Made by a program: the position numbers and the translations under genes
In this document: piece by piece, positions 1 to 12,378 of the stretch
Layout: every line of letters starts with the position of its first letter
Numbering within the stretch: the stretch's first letter is position 1
DNA from: Callorhinchus milii
Taxonomy: Eukaryota
NCBI RefSeq assembly: GCF_018977255.1
Contig: NW_024704743.1
Span: 186,001-250,000, forward strand
Direction: 5' to 3'
DNA: 64,000 nucleotides
The notes under the pieces: generated by a model
Seen by the model: only the letters and a program-made list of their open reading frames with translations
Databases searched by the model: none
What the model was told of the DNA's origin: nothing

Positions 1-124
1 CCGCGCCCCCCGGCCCCCCCGCCGCTGCAGACCTGATGCTCAGCTTGGCGATGGTGGCCTGGATGGAACTGATGGGCAAATCTCCTCCCAGCACCAAGTC
101 CTGGGATTCCTGACGAGCGTAAAC
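1..124 (-). CDS. PTPN23: PTPN23 exon 25 (partial, runs off window)
   Basis: [35 protein letters not shown]... Confidence 0.93.
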
Positions 125-3100
125 CTGAAACAACAACACGTTACACCTACACAGAGCCTCTCATGTCGGGAGGACGTCCCACAGCGCGGGACAAGTCAGG
201 GATTTGGACCCGACTCAGCGTGGGTGGGTGGGTGGGTGGGTGGGTGGGTGGGTGGGTGAGTGGAGCAGTGAGAGTGAGCTGGTACCTTCTGAGCTGAGCT
301 GCCGGTGGCTTTGCTGGTCGCTGTCGTGACTCCGTGCCTCTGTAGCACTTGCTCCACGTGTTTCAGCAACACCTCGTAACAGAACTTCAGGTGGAGCTGC
401 CGGTCAGGAAACACAGCGGCCGTGACGAGAACATTCCCTTCACACCCCGTCGCCTCCCTCCCTCCCTCCCCCCCACCACCCACCACCCACCGCTTACCCA
501 CCAACCCACCACCCGCTGCCTCCGCTCGACCGGCTCCGGCCTCCTGCTCGTCCCTCGTGTCCTCCGCTCCACCATTGGTGGCCGGGCTTTCAGCCACTAC
601 CCTCCATCACTCTGGAACCCTCTCCCTCTGGTCCCTCCGCCTCGCTCCAATCCTTCCCCATCTTCCGGTCGCGCCTGAAGACCTTCCTATTCGACCAGTG
701 CCTACGGTCACCTCCCCCCTCCCCCCACCCCCGGCTCGGCAGGTGAGGATCTTGAATTTGATCCGTTGGGTGATTGGGAGCTGGTGGAGCCCGGCGAGCG
801 AGGGGTGGAGGGAGGGAGGGAGGGAGGGAGTGAGCGAGGGAGGGAGTGAGTGAGTAAGTGAGCGAGGGAGCGAGTGAGCAAGGGAGTGAGGGAGGGAGGG
901 AGCAAGGGAGTGAAGGAGGGAGGGAGCAAGGGAGTGAGTAAGCGAGCGAGGGAGTGAGGTGAGTGAGGTGAGTGAGCGAGGGAGCAAGGGAGTGAGTGAG
1001 TGAGTGAGTGAGCAAGGGAGTGAGGGAGGGAGGGAGGGAGCGCCGCTCACCTTCTCGTAAAGCATGTGTTTGCGTTGCTGTCTCATCTTCCTGATGATCC
1101 GGAGCAGGTCCGGGATCCCGTTCCCGGCCTCCACCTCCTGCAGCGCTGCGTACAGCAGACAGAAGCCCCCCGTCCTCCCCACCCCAGAGCTGCCAACACA
1201 CAGCACACAGTCAGTTCATCATCATCATCTCAACTTCCCTCTGCATCACACACGCACACACACGCACACACACACACGCACGCACACGCACGCACACGAA
1301 ACTCCAGTTTAAACAGCTTTACACAGAGGCCACAGGGAGGCAATCGACGAAGGAAGGAAAGCTCACCTGCAGTGAACGACGATGGGCGTATGGAGGGGTC
1401 GCTGGTGGAGATAATGTGCGTGAACCTCCTGGATAAACCGCAGCAAGTTACTCTTGCTGTCAGGCAGCCCCCTGGGGGAGGGAGGGAAGGAGAGGAGACA
1501 CACGTCATCACACAGCGATGGGATTTGGGCCATAACCCACACCAATATCACAGCGAATAACAGACTCAACAACTTGAGTCTGACATGAGGTCCCGGAGCA
1601 CTCGACAGTGGCGGAGTCTGACCCCGAGCCGGGGGGAGAGAGAGGGGGGGGGGAACCGTAAGCACCATCAAAAAGGAAGGTCTTCAGGTGGGTTTTGTAG
1701 GTGGGGCGGGAGTGGGGGGATTGAGGGAGAGAGTTACAGTATTTCGGGGCGTATCGCCTGAAGGAATGGCCACCGATGGTTGAGCGGAGGGGAACGAGGA
1801 ACGAACAGGAGCCAGGAGCGGAGGCAGCGGGTGGGGGAGTGGTGGGGCGGGTAAGCAGGTCAGAGAGGGAGGGAGGGAGGGAGGTGCCGGGGCGCGAAGG
1901 GGTTTGAAATCGAGTGAGAGGGTCTTGCTCACAGCTCGGGCCACGAGGTGAACTGAAGGTGGATGATGGTGCGTTTGAGGCTCTGCTCCCGGTACTGGAG
2001 CCCGATCATACGCTCCACGTGTGTTTGCGTGATCTTCTGGGTGGTCAGCGTCAGCGTGATGGGTCCGTGTACCAGCTGCTGCCCCCGCTCCGTGGGCAAG
2101 TGACGGATCACCTTTTGCTGGAACAGAGGAACAATACAATGAGGCAAACCTCCAATAACTCCCCCACTGGAGCTCTAACCCCATTCCCTGCTCTCTCTCT
2201 CTCTCTCTCTCCCCCTCTCTCCCCATCGTGTCTGTGCTATCCTCACGCAGGGTAGCGTCCCGGAGCGCTTGACAGTGGGTGGTGGAGGGGTGGAAGGGGG
2301 GTGTGTGTGTGGGTGGGGAGATGGAGGAGGTGACTGTAGACACGGTTGAAGAGGAAGGCGTGACTCGAAGATGGGGCGGAGGAGGAAGAGGAGGCAAGGC
2401 GGTGGATTGGAGGAAGAGAGTTCCAGGCTTTTGGAGCATAGTGGCTGAAGGTGGAACAGAGGGGCTCGAGGACAAATGGGGCGTGGGGGGGGGGGGCGGG
2501 GGTGAAGGACCGGAGCCAGCCAAGCGGAGGCAGCGGGTGTTGGAGTGTGGGGGGGAGGGGTGTACGCAGGTCGGGGAGGTGCCGAGGTGCGAAGGCGAGC
2601 GTGTGAGGAACACGGTGATGGCTCACCTTCTCCACCTCCTGCTCGGAGACCAGCATGACCACCAGCGAGACCTTCTGCTCGTGCACCATGAGCCAGAAGT
2701 CAGCGGCGGTGCCCGGCAGCGGGGCCTGGGTGGCGATGAACCGCGGGCAGTAGGGCGAGAGCTCCTCGATCGTGCTGGCGTTGATGTAGTCGTCCTTGCC
2801 CGTCTCCAGCACCACGCGGTTCTTGTCGTAGGGCATGACGTCCTGGTTCCGGTTCTTCATGGCGTAGCAGCGGGCGATGGCGATGGACAGCTGCCGGGCG
2901 TCTCGCTCCTGCCCGTCCTGGAGGTCCTTCCACTTGCAGTCCAGCTCGGTCAGGCTGCCGCACGCCGGTCTCTCCAGAGACTGCACCGCGGCTCGGAAGC
3001 TGCCCAGCTCCGTCAGCAGCCTCCGCACGTGCTCCGGCTTCTCGTACGGATCCTCCTCGATGATCTGGATCCCTCTGGGCTTCTCCTTGCAGTCGGCCTT

Positions 3101-6100
3101 GGTGGGCAGGAGCAGGGGCTGCGTCACGCTGGCCTGCGGGCCCCCGTGGGGGGTCTCGGGGCTGGAGGACAGCAGGTCGTCGGTGGAGGAGTTCTGCCGC
3201 TTGAAGCCCGGCTCGTGAGGGGGTGCGATCGTCCCGGGGTGAGGGGGGCGCTGAGTCATAGCGGTGGGCATCATGGGGGCGGGCTGGGGGGACGGTGCGG
3301 GGGTTGGGGGTAAGGGAGACCCCGGCCCCAAAGCCGGCGGCTGAATCTGACCCACGACGGAGCTGGGCACGGGAGCCGGGAGGGGGGCGGGCGAGGGCGG
3401 GGGCACCGGGCTGGGGTGAAGCGGCGGCGGCGGCGGGGGGACGGCAAAAGGCACGGACGCCGGCGTCACGGGCACGGCTTCCCCCGGGGCCGGTGGTTGC
3501 ACGGCGCCCACCGGGTAGCCGAGCGGCATCGGGGGGTGAGCCGGGAGCGGGTACGGGTGAGGTCTGGGCTGGTGAGGCTGCAGGGCAGGGGGTGGGGGGG
3601 CTCGGACCTGCATGTGGGGCAGGAACTGGCCCGGGTAAGGCTGCCGGGGGGGCCCGGGCACGGGGGCTCGGATGTGGCCGGGGTGTTGGAACATGGGCTG
3701 CGGCTGCTGGTGAGGAGCGGGGAAGGCGAAGTGTGGGGGCGTCTGGTGGCTGTAGGGCTGAGGGGGGCCGGGGTGGGGGTAGGGGTACTGCCCCACCGGG
3801 GGTCCGTACATCGTCTGCCTGTGCAGCTGGTGAGGGTCCGGGGTGAAGCTGGATATTGGGGTTTGGACGCTGTCTACGGTGGTGGTGGACGGACGGATTC
3901 CCGGGCCTTGTTGGGAGGCCACGTTGGCTCCTGGCATCTGGCCGGCAAACTGCCCTGCGGGGGGTGGGGGGTAGGCGAGGGCAGGCCTGACCATGTGGAG
4001 GTTGGCGTTGACCGGCAGGGGCATGGGCATGGCAGAGGAAACCGGCTGACCTGTGCCGTAGGCCGTGGGCGGTCCCACGGGCGGGCAGGCAGGACCGTAA
4101 TGGTGCCCTGCCCCCGGTGCGGGTGTGGCCCCGTGTTGGGGTGACCCCCCGGCCCTGGCCTGGAAGTGGGGCGGGGCCGGGGCCGGGTAGGAAGGCGGGG
4201 GCGAGGAGGGGCTGTGCGGATGAGGGAGCTGAGGGCAGGACACGGAGGGGCCCATTCGGTGGGGGGGCAAGCCGGCGCCCGCCGTGGCCGCGGACGGGGG
4301 GCCCGAATGGCTGACCCCCAGATACTGGGGTCCCAGGGCGGGGTTGGGGGCCGAGCCGTGCGGGGGGCGGAAGTAGACGGGAGAGTAGCCGGGCTCCATG
4401 GCCATCGGCCGCTGACCCTGGCGATGAGCGGGCAGATAGGCCTCCGGTCCAGGGGGTCTCTGGCCCAGGAAGCCCCCCGGCTCCGCGGGGTAAAGCCCCA
4501 TGCCGTTCACAGCCACCGCGTTGAGCTGAGCGGCCAGTACATCGGGCGGAAGGCTCTTTAAGTCCTCTGGGAGGTCGCTGTAGGACAAGGCCGCGTGGAG
4601 CTGCTGCAGGTCTAGATCCTCCGCGCTGGACAGGGACTCGCGGTCTGCCTCGGAGGCTTTAGCCACAGGTTTGGGGGCCGTGGGCCGAGGTGGGGGCTTC
4701 TTCGCAATCTCTCTGTAAAACAATCATCGTAATCAATCAATAATAATAACCCTCGCATTCGATACAGCGCCTGAGTCTCAAAGAGTCTCTCGGGATGTAC
4801 TGTGAAGCGAAGTGACTGTGTATTTTCTGGGCAAACACGGCAGCTAATTATCCCAGCGCATCAGACAGAAACTCCCTTCTCCTTCCCAACAGAGCCATGG
4901 CATCTTTCAAGTCCACCTGAACAAGGCGCACACCTTTGTTTTAACGTCTCATCTGAAGGACGGCGCTGGGGACAATGCAATCCTTCTTCTCAGGCACGGC
5001 ATTGGGAGCGTCAGCATAGACACAAGTCTTCCCGTGGGGTTTGAACTCACTCAGAAGTGAGAGCTTCAACCGCTGAGCCCGGGTGACAATCCCCCTCCCC
5101 TTCCCGCCAGAGGATAAGAGGTCAAAATCCTCATCCGTGCCTTCAAAGCTCTCACAGCCTTGCTCCTTCCTACCTCTGCTAACCCCAGATCAACCTGTCC
5201 ACTCCCTCCGCTCAGCAGGCTCCAAGTCTATGACTGTCCCGTGCCTTGGGACGTCCTCCTGACATGTAATGGGCTGCGTAAACGTAACGTGTTGTTGTTG
5301 TTGAGAACTGGAAAGGCTGACAGATAGATAGATAGATAGAAGCCAATCCAGATTCCCCTTGAAGTAAGCTGAGGTTTGGATGTACCTTTCCAGTATCTGC
5401 TGCCTTTGCTCCTCCTGAGATTTACAGATGTCTCTGGCCTTTTCCAGAAGTCTGGTCACTTTACCCTCCAGATCTGCGTAGAACTCTTTGCCTTCCTGAG
5501 ATTTCTTCATCAGGTCTTCGTAAGCCTCGAACGAGGCAACTAACATCTGGACGATCGAGTTCCACCTGGGGGAGAGGGAGAGGGTCGGGTTGTGGGGGTG
5601 AGGGGTGGAGAGAGACAGCAGGTTAGGCATTCATTCATCTGGAAACCCATAGCAGAGTAGTTACGAGCACTCGCCTCGCAAGCAAGAGGAACCTGGGTTC
5701 GATTCCTGACTCCACACGTCTCTGCACTAAGTGGGAACTCGGTTGTTAAGTCGATTGGCGGGTCGCTCTACGGGCGGAACAATTCCTTCAGGAAAACTCA
5801 GAATAATTTGGTCGCTCCATCCACAGTGCCGCATTTCATAAACAGGGGCGTGTGGAGTAAGAAACCGAGTTGCCCCCCCAACCCCCAAAATGTGGCCACT
5901 TGGCTCGACCGTTGGTGGGACTCTGCTGAGCTCAACTGCCCACAAGACACACACAGCAATATACTTGACAGCGAGTTCTGTGAAGCCTTTCGAGACGTCT
6001 CGATGACGTGATAAGCCGCTATACCAAAGGCAAGGAGTATTATTTTTCTCCCGATGAAGGGACTCACTTGTGTTCGGCTTCGGACAGGGCTTTCCTGACG

Positions 6101-9100
6101 GCTGCGTACTTGACGTTGGCCTCGGTCAGGGCTCTCAGTACGTTCTCTTGCGCAGACAGATTCTGGTCAATGTACACCTTCAGCTGGTCGTACTTCTTCA
6201 GCTGTTCCTCAAACAGTTTCTGCAAGATTGTTTTTACACACACGCACAAACACCCCCCACCCCCCAAAACACACACAAACACACCCCCAAAACACACACA
6301 AATACAAACACACCCCCAAAACACACAAACAAACCCCCAAAACACAAACACACCCCCAAAACACAAACACACCCCCAAAACACACAAACACACCCCCAAA
6401 ACACACACACACACACCCAAAACACACACAAACACACCCCCAAAACACAAACACACCCCCAAAACACACAAACACACCCCCAAAACACACAAACACACCC
6501 CCAAAACACACACACACCCCCAAAACACACACACACACCCCCAAAACACACCCCCAAAACACACCCCCAAAACACACACACACCCAAAACACACACAAAC
6601 CCCCAAAACACACACACAAACCCCCAAAACACACACAAACACACACCAAAACAACACACAAACCCCCAAAACACACACAAACACACACATAAAAATGTTA
6701 GCTGTGTGCAATTGGCTGCCACGTTTGGCCCACAAAATACGCAGTCACTGCACTTTACAGTGTGCCCCGCGAAGCGCTTTGTGAGACAGCTCGACCACGC
6801 GACGAGGCGCTGTGTCAAAATGAATTACTCAAACGTTATGATTAATATTTCCTCGAGGCGCAGCGCCGAGCGAATTATCCCGGGAGACGGAAACGTTCCC
6901 ACCTTCATCTCTGAATGGTCGGTGGTGACTAAGGTGGTGGTGATGTCGTCTTTCTGGATGGTGTCTCGTAGCTGCTGCTCGAGTGACGTCCGCTGGTCTC
7001 TCATCTCTTCCACCTTGGCCAGCAGGCGCTTCATGTTGTGAAGGACGCCTTTCTCCTCTGCAGAGACACGGGTCGCTGAGCAACGCGGGGATTCGCACGA
7101 CAGGCCATCCCGGGATTCCAACCCGGGTCCTCTCGCTTGCGAGGCGAGCGTAGGTAACCACTACACCACAGGACTCCTATAAATGACTAGCCCCCACTCT
7201 CCCCCACCCCCCAGCCCCGCCCCACACACACACACACACGCACACACACACACACAGACATTATAAATGACTGACAGACACACACAATAAATGAGTAACT
7301 CACAAGTAGATGTTTATAAATGACTGACACACACACACACACACTCTCCCCCATCCCACACACAAACTATGAATGACTGACCCATGCACACAAACGCATT
7401 AGAAGTGACTAACACCCGCCCCCACCGCCCCCCACGCGCGCGCTGTACCTTCAGACACGACGGGAGTGGGCAGTGCCGCACGGAGCTGCTCTAAGGGCCC
7501 GCTGAGCAGCCGCAGGTTACTGATGTGCTGGTTCATGGCCTTGTGGAGCTCGGTGTTGGTGAAGCTGGCTTTCTCGTGCACCTCCATGTACCTGGCCCAC
7601 TCCTTGCTCAGCTCCGCGGCTCCGCCGGGCGCCGGACGTTTCCCGAACAGCTCCTGAAGTTTCTGCTCTGACAATTCGTCCTGGTCGATAAGCTCTTTCA
7701 GTTCCCGGAGCGAGGCTTCCACATCAGTGTACACCCCGGAGAGGACTGGAGAGAGAGAGAGGGGGGGATTGGAATCATCTTAGAGAGATAATTATGAGGA
7801 CAGATTGCATACACTTTTTTGCTCAGAAGGTTGAGGGATGATCCGATTGAGAAACTATTTCCTCTGGTCACATCAGTGAGGTGAAGGGACTGTGAGATGG
7901 TTATTATTAGCCCCGGAAAAGCGATCCCCCAATCGACTAACAATCGGGTTCCTACTTACTGTTGGGTAAACAGAGGCGTGTGCGCGGAGTAAGGAAACTT
8001 GCCTGAGGCTTCACCCTGATCAGCCGGGAATCGAACCCGGGTCCTCTCGCTTGCAAGGCGACTGCGCTAACCATCGGGTACCCTAATTCAGGGAAGGGCT
8101 CAATGCCTATAAAGAATGAGCTCCATGTGCTGGTGGTGGTTATTTTACTGCCTGATGACAACAAAGGTACGATTGATGAGTCAGAGGTTGGTTGGTGGGT
8201 TGTGCACTTTCACATTAACTTCATTACAAGTGGCTGCTATCGTGCGTAATTGAAGTGTGATTCATGTTTGTTATCTCATGGTCCTGTTTGTTGATATTTA
8301 TCGTGTCGTTTAAGATTTATTGCTGAAGGTTGTGGATTTCACTGAAGCTACAATAAAATTCTGTTGAGCTAACTTAACCGTGCTTAACTCGAGCTTTCTG
8401 TATAAATCAAAGGAGGGAACACGCAAACCGATTCGGCCTGGGTCACAGCCTGATTGACAGAAGCTTCCCAATTTACTTTAATTTAAATAGCAATTGGTAG
8501 TATCTGCCGTCGTGGGAGAATTCATTCGTCAAGTTACACCTACTTATAGGGACTTGCATTGATTAGTGAGGATTGAACACAGAGGCCACCCAGTACTCTT
8601 GTGAGGGAGAGCGAGACATATCGTGGGTGACAGAACCCTCTCACCCTTCAGGACTCCAAAATGTGGTGGTTAGAAAATCCAACAACCGGGTTCCTCCTGA
8701 CTGTCAGGTAAACAGGCGTTAAAGCCAGCAGACTACCTTGCATGGACTGGATGAGATTCTTGACGGTATCTGGTCGGACACTGAGTGCCGCGCACTTTTC
8801 CATCAGGACGGGTGGGATGTGACTGTACTGGTTTAAATTGTCCACCGTTTCCACGTCGATCCGCAGCGAGTCCATGAACTGCCTGCGGGAGAGAGAGAGA
8901 GAGAGAGACATCTAGCCGTGTTTAATGTGGAATAGAGGTGTTTACAATTACGGGCGGGTTGGTAACCAGAGGGCACAGATTTAAGATAATTGGCAAAAGA
9001 ACCAGAGCGGATGGGGAGACAGACTCGATAGTAGCTTTCGAAAGAGAATTGGATATTTACTTGAAAAGGAAAAATTTGTAAGGTTAAGAGTGGGGGGAGT

Positions 9101-12100
9101 GGGACTGGCCGGTAGCTCTTTCAAAGCGTCTGCACAGGCGCAATGGGCTGAATGGCCTCCTTCTGCGCTGTAAGATTCAATAATTCTATGATCCATGGAA
9201 CCGTAGACATTTACAGTACAGAAGGGTGTTCGGTGCCTCATGTCTGTGCAGCCTCCTTTAAGAATATCTCTTCAGTCCCATTTACCTGCCCTTTCACCAC
9301 AACAATAATAATCCTTGCATTCGATACTGGGCCTTATCAGGCCGTTGAGACGTCTCAAATCTGCTTCGCAGAATGTAAAGTGGATCGACTGTGTATTTTG
9401 TGGGCGAAGCACGGCAGCAAATTGTGCACAGCAGCGTCCCCACAAACAGTCGTGGGGTAAGTGAGCAAATTATTATTATTTTTGAAGGGATTATTACTCG
9501 GTGAAGCGATCCGCCAATCGACTAACAACCAGGTTCCTATATACTGATGGGTTAAACAGAGCCGGGGGGGGAGTGGGAGGTGACAGTAAGGGATGGAGTT
9601 CCAGATGGTGGGGGCAGAATGGCGAAGTAAATAGAAGAAGAGAGGGATGGAGGGAGGGAGGGATGTATAAAAAAAAAGGTCCATTTCAAGAACTAGCCAT
9701 CGAAAGGAGACTGGAGCTGCGTGAGGCGAGGAGGCAGGTGGAGGAGTGAGGTGTGAGCAGGTGGGAGGGGCAGGGCGTGGAGTTATCCATTAGGACTTTA
9801 CGTTGAACCGAATACCTACTCTAGGGCTTCGTTTTTGCTTTCGATTTTCGACACCACCTCTCGCAAGAGCTTTGCCTTTTCTTCACTGGAAAAAGAGGAG
9901 AAAAATGAGCGAATTAATACGATCCCCGTGTTTGATGCAGCGCTCTCCCAACATCGACACATCTCAAAGAGAGGAGAAGGTGAGAGAGAGTGGGAGCGAC
10001 GCTTCGCTGAATTGCAAGACGGCACTCAAATTCCTGAGACGAAGCAACATATGTGGCCTGAATTGAGATATGAACCCTGAGAAACCCTTCGACGTTTAAA
10101 CCACTTTGAAAAGATTAGGCGCTGAAGCATAAACATTGATTGGTTCGGCCGAAGAGCAGAGGAACAACAACAAAACGAAGAACACTTACACGGCGCCTTT
10201 CGCATCAGGGTAGGAGGGTGACCAGAGGCGCAGTCGAAGAGGAAGATCGTGAGACGGGTTTTGAAGGAGGTGAGGGAGGGAGCGATGTGGAGGGACTGTG
10301 GGATGGAGTTCCAAAGGGTGGGGGCAGAGAGACTGAAAACCGGCCGACGATGGTGGGGCGGGCTGGGCGGGGGATGTGGAGCAGGCCGGAGCGGAAGGAT
10401 TGGACAAGACGATATGGGGCCAGCAGGTCACAGAGGCAGGGAAGGAGCAAGGCCGTGGAGGGCTTTGAAGGCGAAGCCGAGGATGAGGAAGGCTGATGGT
10501 CTGACCTGTACAGCGATGAGGCCTCGTGAGCTTCCATAGGCACCAGTTTGGAAAAGATGTCCGTGCCGGTCACACTGGGGTCGGTGGGATTAACGGGGAG
10601 AGCCTTCACCAGAGACGCTCCTGTAAGAACAGCGGGGACTGGGTCAGAGCTCGCAACCTGTAACGTTTCCAACACATTAACACCAGAGATAAACCTCCCA
10701 CAAAATAATAATAATAATAATCTTTGCATTCGATACAGCGCCTTATCGCATCATCGAGACGTCTCAAAGCGCTTCACAGGATATACTGCAAAGTGCAGTG
10801 ACTGTATACTTGTGGGCGAAACGCGGCAGCCAATTGCGCACAGCAGCGTCCCCACAAACAGCCGTGGATCGAATGGCCGAATTTATTTATTTTTCTGAAG
10901 GGATGATTTCCCGGGAAAAGCGATCCGCCAATCGACTAACAGCCGAGTTCCAGGCAACTTGCCTAAGGTTTCGTCCTACGCGGAAATCAAACCCAGGCAC
11001 TCTAACCTCTGAGCTACGGGATGCCACTGGTAAAGTGCTTTAAGACGTCCTCTCGGCACGAAAGATACTGCATCAAATGGAAGGATTATATTTGCATAAT
11101 TGATCCCAATGTTAAAAGCAATCATTAAGAATCCTTGCATCTGATACAGCGAACACTGTGCATTTTGTGGGCAAACAAATCAATTTGCATACAGCACCGT
11201 CCCACAAACAACAACAAATGACATTTACGCAGCGTCTTTCACGTCAGGAGGACGTCCCAAAGCTCTGGACAGTCAAGGACCCGCACCCCAGCTGGGGGTT
11301 GGGATCAGGAGGGGTGGAGGCTGGGGGTAGGAGGGGTGACAGAAGGCGCGATCGAAAGGTGTTGAGATAGACCTTGAAGGAGGCAAGGATGGGAGCGAAG
11401 GGACTGTGGGATGGGAGTAACAAAGGGTGGGGGCAGAGAAGCTGAAGGTTGACCGGCGATGGTAGGGTGAGCCGGGCGGGGGACATGGAGCGGGCCGGAG
11501 CCCGCTGAGCGGAGGGAACGGACAGGTATACGTGGAGTTAGCAGGTCACAGGGGTCTTGTTGTTGTTGTAGGGAGGAGTAAGGCCACGGAGGGCTTTGAT
11601 GGCGAGGAAGGGGATATTGAACTCTATCCTCCGGGGGAATGTGGAGCCGGTGGAGCCGGGCGAGGGTGGGGTGGGGGGTGGTGGGTGATAGGGTCACGGA
11701 GACTGGTGCAACATCAATTGCTGCCCGTTGGATCATTAATATCTGGAGGCGAGGACGTAAACCTTGCCTTTCACAGTCTGAAGCGAATCGAGAGGTGGAA
11801 CAGCCTCGTGGTAGATGAAATCATTGTCCTTCTTTGCCGAGTTGTACCTAAACAGGACGGACACACAGGAAAGAGGAGATCAGTAAATAGTCAAGACAGA
11901 AAGAACGGCAGCAAGAGACTCACAACACACTTTTATAACCATCCTCGCAGTTCTCCTGATTAATCCCCATTGAAACGAAGGAACGAAACACCTCCGTTAC
12001 CGCTTTATCACGTCGAAACATTTTTAAAGAGTATTTCTGACGATTGCTTTTGATCTCGAGCCTTGTCGTGTCGTGGCGACGTCTCAAAAGCCTTTCCCAG

Positions 12101-12342
12101 AAGATACCGTAAAGCGGATTGACTTGTGTGTTTCGCGGGCGAAGCACGGCAGCCAATTGCACGCGGCAGTGTCGCACAAACAGTCGTGGATTGAGAGTTT
12201 TACCCCCGGAAAGCGCTTCGAGACGTCTCAATGACACGATAAAGCTCTATATCAAATACAAGTATTATTATTTTCATTCAGTTAGTGCAGTAACCTCATA
12301 CCTAATCTAGAAACTCCACACTAAAAACATCCCCCTCCCTCT

Positions 12343-12378
<36 letters not shown>

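Noticed and set aside
2279..4561. Plus-strand ORFs of 344, 242, 183 and 131 aa
   Set aside because: They are antisense shadows of the GC-rich PTPN23 exon 20.
6250..6670. Ciliate-type C4A4 telomeric repeat or contamination
   Set aside because: The C4A4 units are interrupted by CA tracts and sit inside a colinear vertebrate intron.
6008..7041. His/Thr/Pro/Lys-rich and Cys/Val-rich ORFs
   Set aside because: They are translations of the CCCCAAAACACA minisatellite overlapping PTPN23 exons 17-18.
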